A DNA stretch of 64,000 nt, from assembly GCA_965220965.1 (NCBI GenBank), contig OZ244852.1:1088001-1152000 (forward strand). Reading direction: 5' to 3'. The notes below the pieces were generated by a model, which was not told the origin of the DNA, made no database searches, and was given only the letters and a program-made list of their open reading frames with translations. The translations under genes were made by a program, and so were the position numbers. Source of the DNA: Candidatus Marinacidobacterium sp. GTDB taxonomy: Bacteria > Acidobacteriota > Vicinamibacteria > Marinacidobacterales > Marinacidobacteraceae. Shown here in pieces: positions 1-10,105 of this stretch (positions within the stretch are counted from its first letter, which is position 1; each line of letters starts with the position of its first letter).

Positions 1-876
1 GAACTGCTCGGGCGGGTCCGCCACATCGAGATCCGCACCCGGAAGCTCGTGACCGAGGGGCTGGCGGGGGCCTGGCTCAGCACCTTCAAGGGGCAGGGGA
101 TGGAGTTCTCGGAGGTTCGCGAGTACGCCCCCGGAGACGACATCCGTTCGGTGGACTGGAACGTGACCTCGCGCACCGGGAGCCTCCACATCAAGAAGTT
201 CGTCGAGGAGCGCGAGCTGACGGTGCTCTTCCTGCTCGACGTCTCCCGCTCGTTCGCCTTCGGCAGCGGCGACCGCTTCAAGCGCGACACCGCCGCCGAG
301 GTGGCCGCCGTTCTGGCCTTCTCCGCGATCCGGTCGGGCGACCGGGTGGGAGCGCTGCTGTTCACCGACCGGCCCGAGACCCGGCTCCCGGCGCGGAAGG
401 GGCGGCGCCACGGCCTGCGGGTGCTGCGCGACCTTCTCTACTACGAACCCGAGGGGAGGGGCACCGACATCGCCGGCGCCGCCGCGGTGCTCAACCGGGT
501 GATGCGCCGCCGGGCGACGGTGTTCCTGGTGAGCGACTTCCTCGGGGATCCGCCCTCCCGCTGGGAGCGGCCGCTCCGGGTGGCTGCGCGACGCCACGAC
601 CTGATCGCGGTCCGGGTGAGCGACCCCCGCGAGCACGAGATTCCCGCGGTCGGCCTGGTCGTGCTCGAAGACGCCGAAACCGGCGAGCTGCTGCGGGTGG
701 ACACCTCCGACCGGGGCGCGCGTGAGGCGTTCGCGGCGAGGGCGCGGCGCGCCCGCGAAGAGGCGGGACGGGTGCTCCGCGACGCCGGGGTGGACATCGT
801 GGACATCGTCGCCGGCGAGTCTCCCGAAGCCCCGCTCCGGCGCTTCTTCCACCGGCGCGCCCGGCGCCGGCGGTGA
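1..876 (+). CDS. DUF58 domain protein (MoxR-associated VWA-like), 5' end outside window
   Basis: FKGQGMEFSEVREYAPGDDIRSVDWNVTSR and LLDVSRSF motifs; frame open from base 1; first gene of a bat operon. Confidence 0.9.
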   Translation, partial: ELLGRVRHIEIRTRKLVTEGLAGAWLSTFKGQGMEFSEVREYAPGDDIRSVDWNVTSRTGSLHIKKFVEERELTVLFLLDVSRSFAFGSGDRFKRDTAAEVAAVLAFSAIRSGDRVGALLFTDRPETRLPARKGRRHGLRVLRDLLYYEPEGRGTDIAGAAAVLNRVMRRRATVFLVSDFLGDPPSRWERPLRVAARRHDLIAVRVSDPREHEIPAVGLVVLEDAETGELLRVDTSDRGAREAFAARARRAREEAGRVLRDAGVDIVDIVAGESPEAPLRRFFHRRARRRR

Positions 877-883
877 CGTCTCG

Positions 884-1855
884 ATGAGGTTAAGGCCGGC
901 CCTCCGTCCCGGACTCCTGGCGCTGCTGCTGCCCGCCCTCGGCGCGGCCCAGCCGGCGGAAATGCGCGCCACCGCCGAGGTCGTGGCGGAGCCGGTCGAA
1001 GTGGGCGCCGTCTTCGAGCTCGAAGTCCGGGTGGACCACCCGCCGGGCGCGGAGGCCGCGCCGGTTCTGGAGGACGGGCTCGGGCCGTTCCGGGTTCTGG
1101 GCGCCCTCCCGGTCTCAGGCGAGGGACCGGGCGAGGGCGCGGATCCGGCAAGCCGCTTCCGGGTGCGGCTCGGCGCGTTCGTCCTCCCGGGAGATCACGA
1201 GGTCCCCCCGGTCCCGGTCGGGATCCGGAACCCGGACGGCGGGCTGGCGCTGATCGAGACGCCGCCGACTCCGGTCCGGGTGGTCTCCTCGCTGCCGGCG
1301 GACGCCGAGGCGGGAGACATCCACGACATCCGCGGGCCGTTCGACCTCCGGCGGCCTCCGCAGTGGGGCTGGATCGCCCTCGTGGCGCTCGCCCTCGCCG
1401 GCGCCGTCGCCGCAGTCTGGTGGTGGCTCCGCCGCCGCGGCGGCCGGCTCACTCCGGCGCCGCCTCCCCCACCGCCGGCGGTTGAAGCCGAGGCGGCGCT
1501 GGCCCGGCTCCGCGCGGCGGGGCTGCTCGAGGCCGGCGAGGTTCCGCTCTTCTACGAGCGTCTCGCCGCCATCATGAAGCGCTACGCCGGTCGCCGGTTC
1601 GGGACGCGCTGGAGCGAGCGGACCACCCGGGAAATCCTGGCCGATCTCGAGGCCCGCGCCGAGAACGGCCATTCCGGATCGCTCCCGCTGCTCGCCGCGA
1701 TCCTGGGAGAAGCCGATCTCGCCAAGTTCAGCCACCGGCCGCTCGGCCCACCTTCGGCCGAGGCCCGCCTCGAGGACGCCGCGCGGTTCCTCGACCGCAC
1801 CCGGCCGGCGCCGACGGCGGCGGCCGACCCGGGCGCCGTGGAGGCCAACGACTGA
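884..1855 (+). CDS. Bat-operon membrane protein (DUF4381/BatD-like) with signal peptide and one TM helix
   Basis: ATG at 884, signal peptide, Ig-like region, DIHDIRGP followed by a TM helix, ERTTREIL...ADLAKF tail; lies between DUF58 and batA. Confidence 0.75.
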   Translation: MRLRPALRPGLLALLLPALGAAQPAEMRATAEVVAEPVEVGAVFELEVRVDHPPGAEAAPVLEDGLGPFRVLGALPVSGEGPGEGADPASRFRVRLGAFVLPGDHEVPPVPVGIRNPDGGLALIETPPTPVRVVSSLPADAEAGDIHDIRGPFDLRRPPQWGWIALVALALAGAVAAVWWWLRRRGGRLTPAPPPPPPAVEAEAALARLRAAGLLEAGEVPLFYERLAAIMKRYAGRRFGTRWSERTTREILADLEARAENGHSGSLPLLAAILGEADLAKFSHRPLGPPSAEARLEDAARFLDRTRPAPTAAADPGAVEAND

Positions 1856-2832
1856 TGCGTCTCCTCTGGCCGGCGGCGCTGCTCCTCCTCCTGCTCGTCC
1901 CCCTCGTCGTTCTCCGCGCCCGCGGCGCCAGGCCGGCGGCCGTCCGGTACCCCGACGGGGCGCCGTTCCGGGGCCTTCCCCCCACCCTCCGAAGCCGCCT
2001 CGCCTTCCTCCCCGGCGCGCTTACCCTGTTCGCGCTCGCCCTCGCCGCCCTCGCCCTGGCGCGCCCGCAGACCGGGCTCACCGAGGACTCCGGCTCGAGC
2101 CTGGGGGTGGACATCGTCCTCGCCCTCGACATCTCCTCCAGCATGCGGGCGGAAGACTTCGCCCCCGCCAACCGCCTCACCGCGGCGAAGGAGGTGCTTC
2201 AGGACTTCATCCGGCGGCGCTCGCGCGACCGCCTCGGCGCGGTGGCCTTCGCCCGGAACGCGGTCACCGTGACGCCCCTGACGCTCGATCACGACATCCT
2301 CGCCGCCCAGCTCGAGGCGGTGACGATCGGGGCCATCCCCGACGGCACCGCGATCGGCAACGCGATCGCCGCCGCGGTGAACCGCCTGGCGGGATCCGAG
2401 GCGGAGAGCCGGGTCGTCGTGCTGCTCACCGACGGCGTCTCGAACGCGGGGGAGATCCATCCGCTCACCGCCGCCGGCGTGGCGCGCGCAAGGGGCATCC
2501 GGGTCTACACCGTCGGCGCCGGAAGCGACGAGGGCGGTCAGGTCGTGCGCCGGAACGCCGACGGATCGCTGAACGTCTCGCGGGCTCCCGGCATCGACGA
2601 GGAGACCCTCCGCCGCGTCGCCGACGCCACCGGGGGCCGGTACTTCCGCGCCCGCGACCGGGAGGGCCTCGACGCCGTCTACCAGGAAATCGACGCGCTC
2701 GAGCGGACCGAGATTTCGGCGCCCACCTGGACGAGCTGGTCCGACGACGGCCCGGCCATCGCCGGCTGGGCCGCCGCGCTCCTCTTCGGCGCGGCCCTGC
2801 TGCGCTCCACCGCGCTGCGCACCGCGCCCTGA
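1855..2832 (+). CDS. batA: BatA VWA domain protein
   Basis: ALARPQ, MIDAS DISSSM, GTAIG, LLTDG; N- and C-terminal TM segments. Confidence 0.9.
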   Translation: MRLLWPAALLLLLLVPLVVLRARGARPAAVRYPDGAPFRGLPPTLRSRLAFLPGALTLFALALAALALARPQTGLTEDSGSSLGVDIVLALDISSSMRAEDFAPANRLTAAKEVLQDFIRRRSRDRLGAVAFARNAVTVTPLTLDHDILAAQLEAVTIGAIPDGTAIGNAIAAAVNRLAGSEAESRVVVLLTDGVSNAGEIHPLTAAGVARARGIRVYTVGAGSDEGGQVVRRNADGSLNVSRAPGIDEETLRRVADATGGRYFRARDREGLDAVYQEIDALERTEISAPTWTSWSDDGPAIAGWAAALLFGAALLRSTALRTAP

Positions 2833-2857
2833 TCGTGCGCCCCGGGAGAATCGCCTG

Positions 2858-3871
2858 ATGCGCTGGGGAGAGCCCTGGGCGCTCGGCCTGCTGGCGCTCG
2901 TTCCGGCCGCCGCCGTCCTCCTCTGGTTCGGCGCGCGGAGGACCCGCGCCGCGCTCGCCCGTTTCGGATCCCGCGCCGCGACGCTCGTCGAGCGGGCGGG
3001 CGGACGCCGCCGGCGGACCGCCGACCTCCTTCTGCTGGGTGCGGCGCTTCTGCTCGCGACCGCCGCCGCGCGCCCCCAGTGGGGACGCGAGGAGCGCGAG
3101 ATCACGCTCGTCGGGGTGGACGTGCTGTTCGCGCTGGACACCTCGTTCAGCATGGACGCCCGCGATGTGGCCCCGTCGCGCATGGAGCGGGCCCGCTATG
3201 TCGCTTCCGCGCTGCTCGACCGGATCCCCGGGAACCGCGCGGGGATCGTGGTGTTCGCCGGGAGCGCCTTCACCCAGTGTCCGCTCACCCACGACCTCGG
3301 CGCCGTCCGGACGCTGCTCGCGGGGGTCGCCACCGGCGCGGTGGAGAACCCCGGGACGAACCTCGCGGCGATGATCGAGGAGGCGGCCCGCGCCTTCGAC
3401 CAGCAGGAGAGCCCCCACCGCGTCGTCGTCCTGCTCACCGACGGACGACAGGACGACCTGCGCCTGACGCCGGTGGCCGAGGTCGCGGCGGCCGCGGAGG
3501 CCGCCGGCATCACGGTTCTGGCGGTCGGCGTGGGGACGGAGACCGGCGCCACGATCCCCGTGCCCTCGGAGACCGGCCCGACGCTGATGCGTGACGCCGG
3601 CGGCGCCCCGATCGTGAACCGGCTGGACCCGGGAACGCTCTCCGAGCTCGCGGCGCGGACCGGCGGAACCTTCCTGACGATCTCCCCCGACGACCGCGAG
3701 ATCGCCGCCCTCGCCGAGCGGATCGGCTCGATGGAGGGCGGCGAGCTGGGCGACGAAGTGGCCCGCCGCTATCAGGAGCGCTTCTGGATCCCCACCGCGG
3801 CGGCGGTGGCCGCGCTATTCGCCCACGGCCTGGTGGCGGCGGGCGCCGGGCGGCGCAGGACGACCCCATGA
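2858..3871 (+). CDS. batB: BatB VWA domain protein
   Basis: ARPQWG, DTSFSM, FAGSAFTQCPLT, LLTDG; follows batA. Confidence 0.88.
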   Translation: MRWGEPWALGLLALVPAAAVLLWFGARRTRAALARFGSRAATLVERAGGRRRRTADLLLLGAALLLATAAARPQWGREEREITLVGVDVLFALDTSFSMDARDVAPSRMERARYVASALLDRIPGNRAGIVVFAGSAFTQCPLTHDLGAVRTLLAGVATGAVENPGTNLAAMIEEAARAFDQQESPHRVVVLLTDGRQDDLRLTPVAEVAAAAEAAGITVLAVGVGTETGATIPVPSETGPTLMRDAGGAPIVNRLDPGTLSELAARTGGTFLTISPDDREIAALAERIGSMEGGELGDEVARRYQERFWIPTAAAVAALFAHGLVAAGAGRRRTTP

Positions 3872-4803
3872 TCCGCCTCCTCGTAGTGACCGTCCTGGCC
3901 GCGCAGTGGCTCGGCGGAACCGAGCGGAACACCCGGGAGGGCAGGGAGCACTTCGAGGCGGGCCGGCTGGAGGAGGCGCTCCGCGCGTTCTCGCGGGCCC
4001 GGGCCGAGAACCCGGACGCCCCCGCGACCGACCTGAACCTCGCCGGCGTCCATTACCGGATGGGAGAGGCGGGCGCCGCCGGGCCGGGCGTCCCGTCGGC
4101 TCCTCCGCCGGGAGAGGGCGCGGAGGGCGGTCCGCTCGCCGAGGCGGCGCGGGGCTACCAGGCCGCCATCAGCGCGGGGGTCGAGGGATCGACCGCCCGC
4201 GACGCCTGGTTCAACCTCGGGAACACGCTCTACCGCGCCGGGGCCTTCGAGGAGGCCGCAGCCGCCTACGCCGAGGCGCTCGCGATGGACCCGGAGGACA
4301 TCGAGGCGCGCCAGAACTTCGAGCGCGCGGCGCGCCAGGCCGAGGAGGCGAACGAGGAGCAGTCCGGCGACTCGAACGAAGACGACGGCGGCGAGGAGTC
4401 GGGCGAGCAGCCGCCACCAGAGCAGCAGCAGGAGCAGGACCAGAACCAGCCGTCACCGGACGACGAGCAGGACTCCCAGCAGCCGCAGGGTCAGGAGCCG
4501 CAGCCCCAGCAGCAGGATCCCGGGGACGGGGAGGACCAGCAGCAGCCGCCGGAATCCCAGCCCGAAGGCGACCAGTCCGAAGGCGACCGGCCCGACGAGC
4601 CGGAGCCGCCGGAACCACCCCCGCCAGAGGGTGACGCGTCCGGGGCGGATGTCCCGCCCGACGGCCCCCCGGGCGAGGTCCCCGAGGTCAGCCCGGAGCA
4701 GGCCGAGCGGATCCTCGCCGCCCTCGCCGAGGTGGAGCGCGCGTTCCAGCAGGAACAGGTCGAGAAGCGCCGGGCGCGGGCGCTGCGCAGGGGCCGGCAC
4801 TGA
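3868..4803 (+). CDS. batC: BatC TPR protein with Q/E/P-rich linker
   Basis: TPR AWFNLGNTLYRAG, long acidic low-complexity region, SPEQAERILAAL C-terminus. Confidence 0.85.
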   Translation: MIRLLVVTVLAAQWLGGTERNTREGREHFEAGRLEEALRAFSRARAENPDAPATDLNLAGVHYRMGEAGAAGPGVPSAPPPGEGAEGGPLAEAARGYQAAISAGVEGSTARDAWFNLGNTLYRAGAFEEAAAAYAEALAMDPEDIEARQNFERAARQAEEANEEQSGDSNEDDGGEESGEQPPPEQQQEQDQNQPSPDDEQDSQQPQGQEPQPQQQDPGDGEDQQQPPESQPEGDQSEGDRPDEPEPPEPPPPEGDASGADVPPDGPPGEVPEVSPEQAERILAALAEVERAFQQEQVEKRRARALRRGRH

Positions 4804-6755
4804 TGCGGTCCGCCCCCCTTCTCGCGTCCCGCCTCTTCTCCGGGCTCGTCTCCGGGCTCTTCTGGGGGCTCCTGCTGGCCGGACCCGCTCTCGCGCAGGA
4901 GCGGGCCGAGGTCAGCGTCGACCCGTCCGTGGTCGGGCTCGAGGACTTTGTGGAGCTGACGGTCTCGGTCCCGGAGGTTCGCGACGGACGCCCGGAGCTT
5001 CCGCCGCTTCCCGCCTTCGAAGCGTTCGGCAGCCAGATGACCACGAGCACCTCGTTCGTGAACGGCCGGATGACCCGGTCCGTCTCCTGGACCTACCGTC
5101 TGCATCCACGCGAGGTCGGCGAGTTCACGATCCCTCCGATTCCGGTGCCGGGCTACGAGCCCACGCCCCCGATCTCCGTGACGGTGGAGCCCGGCAGCCG
5201 GCGCAGCCCGTCGCCGGGACCGGGGCGGAGTCCGTTCGGCAGTCCGTTCGATCCGCTGTTCGAACGGTTCCGGGATCCCTTCGGCGCGGATCCGCCGCCC
5301 CGTATCGGCGAGCGGGATCTCTTCATCCAGGCCGAGGTTTCGGACCGGGAGGTGCTGGTCGGAGAACAGGTGCTCGTCCTCTACCGGCTCTACGCCCGGG
5401 TTCCGGTGGCGGTCGTCGTTCCGGTGGAGCCAGCCCAGCCGCAGGGCTTCTGGGTCGAGGAGGTTCCGCTGCCCGATCTCCCCTGGCGCGAGCAGGGGCT
5501 CTCCCGCGCCCGGATCCGGGAGCTTCGCGAGAGCCCCGGACCGCGGAGGGAGCAGCGGGTCGTGGACGGCGTCACCTATGACACCTATCCGATCCTGTTG
5601 CGGGCGGCGTTTCCCACCGGGGCGGGGGAGCGCGAGTTTCCGGGGCCAACCTTCGAGATCGGCGTCCCCGGGCGGTCCCGCTCGGTGTTCCTGGCGCCGA
5701 CCGCCGTCGAGACCCGGGCGGCCCCGGCGGTGACGATCCGCACCAACCCGCTGCCGGATCCGGGAGCGGGCTCGACCTTCTCGGGAACGGTCGGCGACTA
5801 CCGCCTCCGGGCGTCTCTGGTGCGTGACGGGGCGCCGCTCGGCGACGAGGCCACGCCGGCGGGCGAACCCCTGGTGCTTCGGCTGGAGCTCGAGGGCGAC
5901 GGGAACCTGCAGGCGGCGGGGACCCCGCGCCTCGACGGAGACCCCGGCTTCGAGCGCGCCTTCCGGTTCTTCGACCCCGAGTCCTCGCAGGAGACCGGGC
6001 TCCGGGAGGCGGGCGCGGGCACGGGCCTCGACGCGTTCCGTTTCGGCGGCCGGCGGGTCTGGGAGTTTCCCGTGGTGCCCGAAGCCGGAGGCGTCCATCA
6101 GGTCGCATCGGCCCGCCTCGATGTCTTCAACCCGGAGACATCCACCTACGAGACGCTCACCACCGACCCGTTCCCGGTCCGGGTCGAGGGCGGGATCGCC
6201 GCGATCCCCGCGCCAGCCGGCGGCGGGACGGTGGAGCGCCTGGGAGACGACATCCGCTATCTGCAGCCGCTAAGGCCCGCCCCGGCGAGCCCGCCGGCGC
6301 CGTTCTCCGCCGGCTGGTGGATCGCGCTGGCGCTCGGTCTGCCGGTCGCGTGGAACCTGGCCGTCTTCGCCGCGCTTCGCCGCCGCGCCTACCGGGCGGC
6401 CCACGCCGATCACTTCCGCCGGGAAGGCGCCGCCCGCGAGGCGCTGCGCCGCCTCCAGCGCATCCGGGACGAAGGAGAGGGCGCCGCCGCCGCGATCGGC
6501 GTCGTGCTGGCCGACTACGCCGCGGCCCGCCTGGGCGTCTCGCCCCACGGGCTGACGCCGGAAGGCGCCCGGGAGCGCTTCGTCGCCGCCGGGGCCGATC
6601 CCGACGCCGCCCGCGACTTCGCCGCGCTGCTCTCCCGGACCCAGGCGGCGCGCTTCGCCGCCGCCCCCGCCTCCGGGCGAGCGCTCCCCACCGGGAAGGA
6701 GGCCGCCGAGCTGGTGCGCCGGCTGGACTCGGGCATCCGGAGGTCGGCGGCGTGA
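4803..6755 (+). CDS. batD: BatD family protein
   Basis: Signal peptide, STSFVNG, GEFTIPP, VGEQV, GFWVEE, GDGNL, C-terminal TM helix. Confidence 0.85.
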   Translation: MRSAPLLASRLFSGLVSGLFWGLLLAGPALAQERAEVSVDPSVVGLEDFVELTVSVPEVRDGRPELPPLPAFEAFGSQMTTSTSFVNGRMTRSVSWTYRLHPREVGEFTIPPIPVPGYEPTPPISVTVEPGSRRSPSPGPGRSPFGSPFDPLFERFRDPFGADPPPRIGERDLFIQAEVSDREVLVGEQVLVLYRLYARVPVAVVVPVEPAQPQGFWVEEVPLPDLPWREQGLSRARIRELRESPGPRREQRVVDGVTYDTYPILLRAAFPTGAGEREFPGPTFEIGVPGRSRSVFLAPTAVETRAAPAVTIRTNPLPDPGAGSTFSGTVGDYRLRASLVRDGAPLGDEATPAGEPLVLRLELEGDGNLQAAGTPRLDGDPGFERAFRFFDPESSQETGLREAGAGTGLDAFRFGGRRVWEFPVVPEAGGVHQVASARLDVFNPETSTYETLTTDPFPVRVEGGIAAIPAPAGGGTVERLGDDIRYLQPLRPAPASPPAPFSAGWWIALALGLPVAWNLAVFAALRRRAYRAAHADHFRREGAAREALRRLQRIRDEGEGAAAAIGVVLADYAAARLGVSPHGLTPEGARERFVAAGADPDAARDFAALLSRTQAARFAAAPASGRALPTGKEAAELVRRLDSGIRRSAA

Positions 6756-7564
6756 CGGGTCTCCGGCAAGCGTCCAGCCTCGCGTTCGCGGCGGCGCTCT
6801 GTTCCGCCGCGATGGCCGCCGCCCAGCCCGCATCGGGGCCCGACGCCGCCCGGCTCTACGACGAGGGCGATTTCGCCGGCGCGCTCGCCATCTGGCGGGA
6901 GCTCGCGGACAACCCCGGGAGCGGACTCGATCCGGCGCCGCTCCACTACAACATGGGCAACGCCGAGTTCCGCTCGGGCCGGCTGGGCCAGGCGATGCTC
7001 CAGTGGGAGCGCGCGCTCCTCCATCGCCCCGGTGACGAGGATGCGCTCGCGAACCTCGAACTGGCCCGCGGGATCCTCGATCAGCGGCTCGCCGACGAGG
7101 CGTCGTCGGGGGAATCGAACGCTTTTGCGCTTGAATTGCTAGGTTCCATGGAGGGTTTCGTGGCCGATCTGCGGCGCGTTCCGCCGGTTCGGCTCGCGAT
7201 AGCGCTTGGGGCGACGGCGCTGTTGGCCGGAGGATGCCTGACGCTCGCGCTTCTCGGCCGCGGCCGCCGCCGGCTGGTGGTCGCCGCGCTGGCCGTCTCG
7301 CTCGCCGCCACCGCCGCGGTTCTCACGATCCTCCGGATCCGCGTCGCCGCGCCGCCAGTGGCGGTCGTGGTGGAGGCCGGCGCCGCGCTCAGGAGCGGTC
7401 CGGGCCCCACGTTTCCGCAGCTCGCCGCGCTCCCCGAGGGCTTCTACCTCGAGCTCGACGAGTCCGGCGTCGAGGAGGCCCGCGGCTTCCGGCGAGTGAT
7501 CGCCGCCGGTATCGTCGGCTACGCCGACAGCGCCTCGGTCGTCCCGGTGGTCGAGGCGCCATGA
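6752..7564 (+). CDS. batE: BatE TPR + SH3-like protein
   Basis: GTG overlaps the batD stop; LHYNMGNAEFRSGRLGQA TPR, two TM helices, LRSGPG SH3b-like tail. Confidence 0.85.
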   Translation: MTGLRQASSLAFAAALCSAAMAAAQPASGPDAARLYDEGDFAGALAIWRELADNPGSGLDPAPLHYNMGNAEFRSGRLGQAMLQWERALLHRPGDEDALANLELARGILDQRLADEASSGESNAFALELLGSMEGFVADLRRVPPVRLAIALGATALLAGGCLTLALLGRGRRRLVVAALAVSLAATAAVLTILRIRVAAPPVAVVVEAGAALRSGPGPTFPQLAALPEGFYLELDESGVEEARGFRRVIAAGIVGYADSASVVPVVEAP

Positions 7565-7577
7565 TGAGGAGACCGCC

Positions 7578-8912
7578 ATGACGAATCGAACCTCTCGCCG
7601 CGACTTCGTTCTCCAGGGCGCCGCCGGCGTTCTCGGCGCCGCCCTCCCCGGCCGGCTTCAGGCGGCCACCGGGGCGCGGCAGCCGGGTGAGGCGCCGATC
7701 CGCGAAGAGCGGATCAACGGGTGGATGGAGGTTCTCGCCGGGATCGGCCCGGGTCCGGAGGGCGGACTCTCCCGGACGGCGGGGACCGACGCTGACCTCG
7801 CTTCGCGAGCCGCCTACGCTGGCTGGCTTCGCGAGGCCGGGCTCAGCGTGCGCACCGACCTCGCCGGGAACCTGATCGGACGGCTCGAGGGCGCCGAGCC
7901 TTCGCTCCCGCCGCTCCTCACCGGCTCGCATCTCGACTCGGTGCCGCGCGGCGGCGTCTATGACGGCGTCGCCGGCTGCGTGGCTGCGCTGGAGACGGTC
8001 ACCGCCTTCCGCGATTCCGGCATCCGGCTTCGCCATCCGCTCGAGGTCGCGGTCTTCTTCAACGAGGAGAACGGCAAGACCGGAAGCCGGGCGCTCGCGG
8101 GCGAAGTGACCGCCGAGGAAATGGATCTGCCGGTTCACGGCGGGATGACCCTCGGAGAGGCCCTCGCCCGCTGCGGAGGATCTCCCGACCGGATCGGTGA
8201 AGCGATCCTCGAGCGCGGCGCCTATGCGGGTTTCCTCGAGCTCCACATCGAGCAGGGGCCCACGCTCGACGCCGGAAGGGTCGACATCGGCGCCGTCGAG
8301 GGCATCGTCGGGATCCGCCGGTTCCGCGTCCGGGTGAGCGGCTTCGCCAACCACGCGGGGACAACCGAGATGCGGATCCGCCGCGACGCGATGGTGACCG
8401 CGGCGCGCTTCATCGCCGCGGTGAACGACGAGACCGTCGGGCGTCCCGGCCGGCAGGTGGCCACCGTGGGACAGATCGAGGCGCATCCGGGAGCCGCGAA
8501 CGTGATCCCCGGAGAAGTCGAGTTCACGCTTGAGATCCGCGACCTGAGCATGGAGGTCATCGCGTCCCACTACGAGCATCTCCAGCAGGTCGGGGCGGAG
8601 ATCGCCGCGAGGAACGACACCCGGATCCACTTCGAGCCCTACTACCTGAGCCGCGCCGCCCCGTGCGACCCGGCGCTCGTGGACCTGGTTCACGCGACCG
8701 CCGATGAGCTCGGAATGGGACGGACCCGTCTGCCCTCGGGGGCGGGACACGACGCTCAATCCATCGCGGTGGTGGCGCCCATCGGGATGATCTTCGTGCC
8801 CAGCAAGGACGGCATCAGCCACTCGCCCCGGGAGTTCACCGAGGCGGCTGACATCGCGAACGGCGCCCGGGTGCTCACCGAGGCGATCCGTCGTCTCGAC
8901 CGGCTCGCCTGA
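7578..8912 (+). CDS. M20 Zn amidohydrolase (hydantoinase/N-carbamoylase/allantoate family) with Tat signal
   Basis: GSHLDSV, YDG, NEE, ELHIEQG, NHAGTT, SGAGHDA, SHSPRE; N-terminal SRRDFV. Confidence 0.9.
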   Translation: MTNRTSRRDFVLQGAAGVLGAALPGRLQAATGARQPGEAPIREERINGWMEVLAGIGPGPEGGLSRTAGTDADLASRAAYAGWLREAGLSVRTDLAGNLIGRLEGAEPSLPPLLTGSHLDSVPRGGVYDGVAGCVAALETVTAFRDSGIRLRHPLEVAVFFNEENGKTGSRALAGEVTAEEMDLPVHGGMTLGEALARCGGSPDRIGEAILERGAYAGFLELHIEQGPTLDAGRVDIGAVEGIVGIRRFRVRVSGFANHAGTTEMRIRRDAMVTAARFIAAVNDETVGRPGRQVATVGQIEAHPGAANVIPGEVEFTLEIRDLSMEVIASHYEHLQQVGAEIAARNDTRIHFEPYYLSRAAPCDPALVDLVHATADELGMGRTRLPSGAGHDAQSIAVVAPIGMIFVPSKDGISHSPREFTEAADIANGARVLTEAIRRLDRLA

Positions 8913-8968
8913 ACCGGAGAACGCGCCGCCGGCGCTCGCCGGGGGCGCCGCTGTTATTTTCCGGGGCG

Positions 8969-10105
8969 ATGGCGACGCCCGCCCCGCGCCCGGGAGCGAC
9001 CTGGACCCGGCGAGGCTTCCTGAGCGGCCGCCAGACGCTGCGGGTCCGGGTCGGGCTGGTCACCGCCGCGGTCTACGCCGATTGGGTCCGCGATTACCGG
9101 TCCGGGCGGTTCATCGAGACCGCGCGCAAGGTGAGCGAGCGCGCCGCCGAGGAGCTCCGCGACGCCCAGCGGGGCTACCTCCGGTCACTCCCGGCCCGGG
9201 ACGATCCCCGGGGGTTCCGCGCCCGGGTGGCGGCCGCTGCGCTCCAGGCCGAGGCGATCGCCAGTTTCGGCTGGAACCAGAGCAGCGACATCCGCCTGCT
9301 CCGGGAACCGTGCGACTCGCTGCCGGATCGCTGGATCGCGGGTCTGCCGCCCTCCATCCGCGCGGACGCCGGCGTCGCGTGGGGGGTGCGCGCCACCTAC
9401 GATCCCCGCCGCGTCATGCTGCGCGAGGTGGCGCTGGCCGCCGCCCGGCCCCGCTTCGCCATCCTCGCGCTCCCTGACGCCTCCCGCGTCCTCGACCAGG
9501 CGTCGGGGAACGATCCGGCGATCCTCTGGCAGGCGACGGCGGTCCGGGCGTTCCAGGCGCGCTACCTGCGCGCCCGGCGCCAGTGGGACGACGTGCGGGA
9601 CATGCTCTCGCCCGGCGCCGAGGAGGAGTTCATCCCCGAGGCCGCCGGCCGCGCCTCCCCCCGGATCGTGGCGCGGGCGATGAGCGACCCGGACGACCGG
9701 AACCTGCGCCTGGCGCTCGTCGCGCTCGGGATGAACCGCCGCTCGCTGGCCGAGGAGCACCTGAGCGCGGTCCGCGCCGAACCCTGGGAACCGCTCCGGG
9801 CGCCGCGCCGCCTGCTCGAGGGAGAGGCGCTCATGAAGCGGAGCCAGTTCGCGAGCGCCGCCGAGGCGTTTCGGGCCGCGAGGACATCGGCCCCGACATC
9901 CCAGCCGGCGGCCGCCGCGCTCGCGGCGGCGCTCCAGGCGGCGGGCCGCTGGGAGGAAGCGGGGGAGCTCGCGCGCGACTGGCTTCAGGGCGAAACGGCC
10001 AGCCGCATCACTCCGTCGGAGCACCCGTGGCTTGCGTTCCTGACGACCTGGGCGGTGGCGGACGCCTCCGAATTCACGTGGCTTCGCAACCTCGTCCGAG
10101 CCTGA
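8969..10105 (+). CDS. Hypothetical TPR-like protein
   Basis: Genome-typical codon usage; TRRGFL Tat-like motif; helical TPR-like C-half ending HPWLAFL; coupled to a VWA gene. Confidence 0.6.
   Translation: MATPAPRPGATWTRRGFLSGRQTLRVRVGLVTAAVYADWVRDYRSGRFIETARKVSERAAEELRDAQRGYLRSLPARDDPRGFRARVAAAALQAEAIASFGWNQSSDIRLLREPCDSLPDRWIAGLPPSIRADAGVAWGVRATYDPRRVMLREVALAAARPRFAILALPDASRVLDQASGNDPAILWQATAVRAFQARYLRARRQWDDVRDMLSPGAEEEFIPEAAGRASPRIVARAMSDPDDRNLRLALVALGMNRRSLAEEHLSAVRAEPWEPLRAPRRLLEGEALMKRSQFASAAEAFRAARTSAPTSQPAAAALAAALQAAGRWEEAGELARDWLQGETASRITPSEHPWLAFLTTWAVADASEFTWLRNLVRA

Noticed and set aside
4350-4690. CAG/GAG-rich repetitive DNA
   Set aside because: It encodes the ordinary Q/E/P low-complexity linker of BatC; it is not a CRISPR or tandem array.
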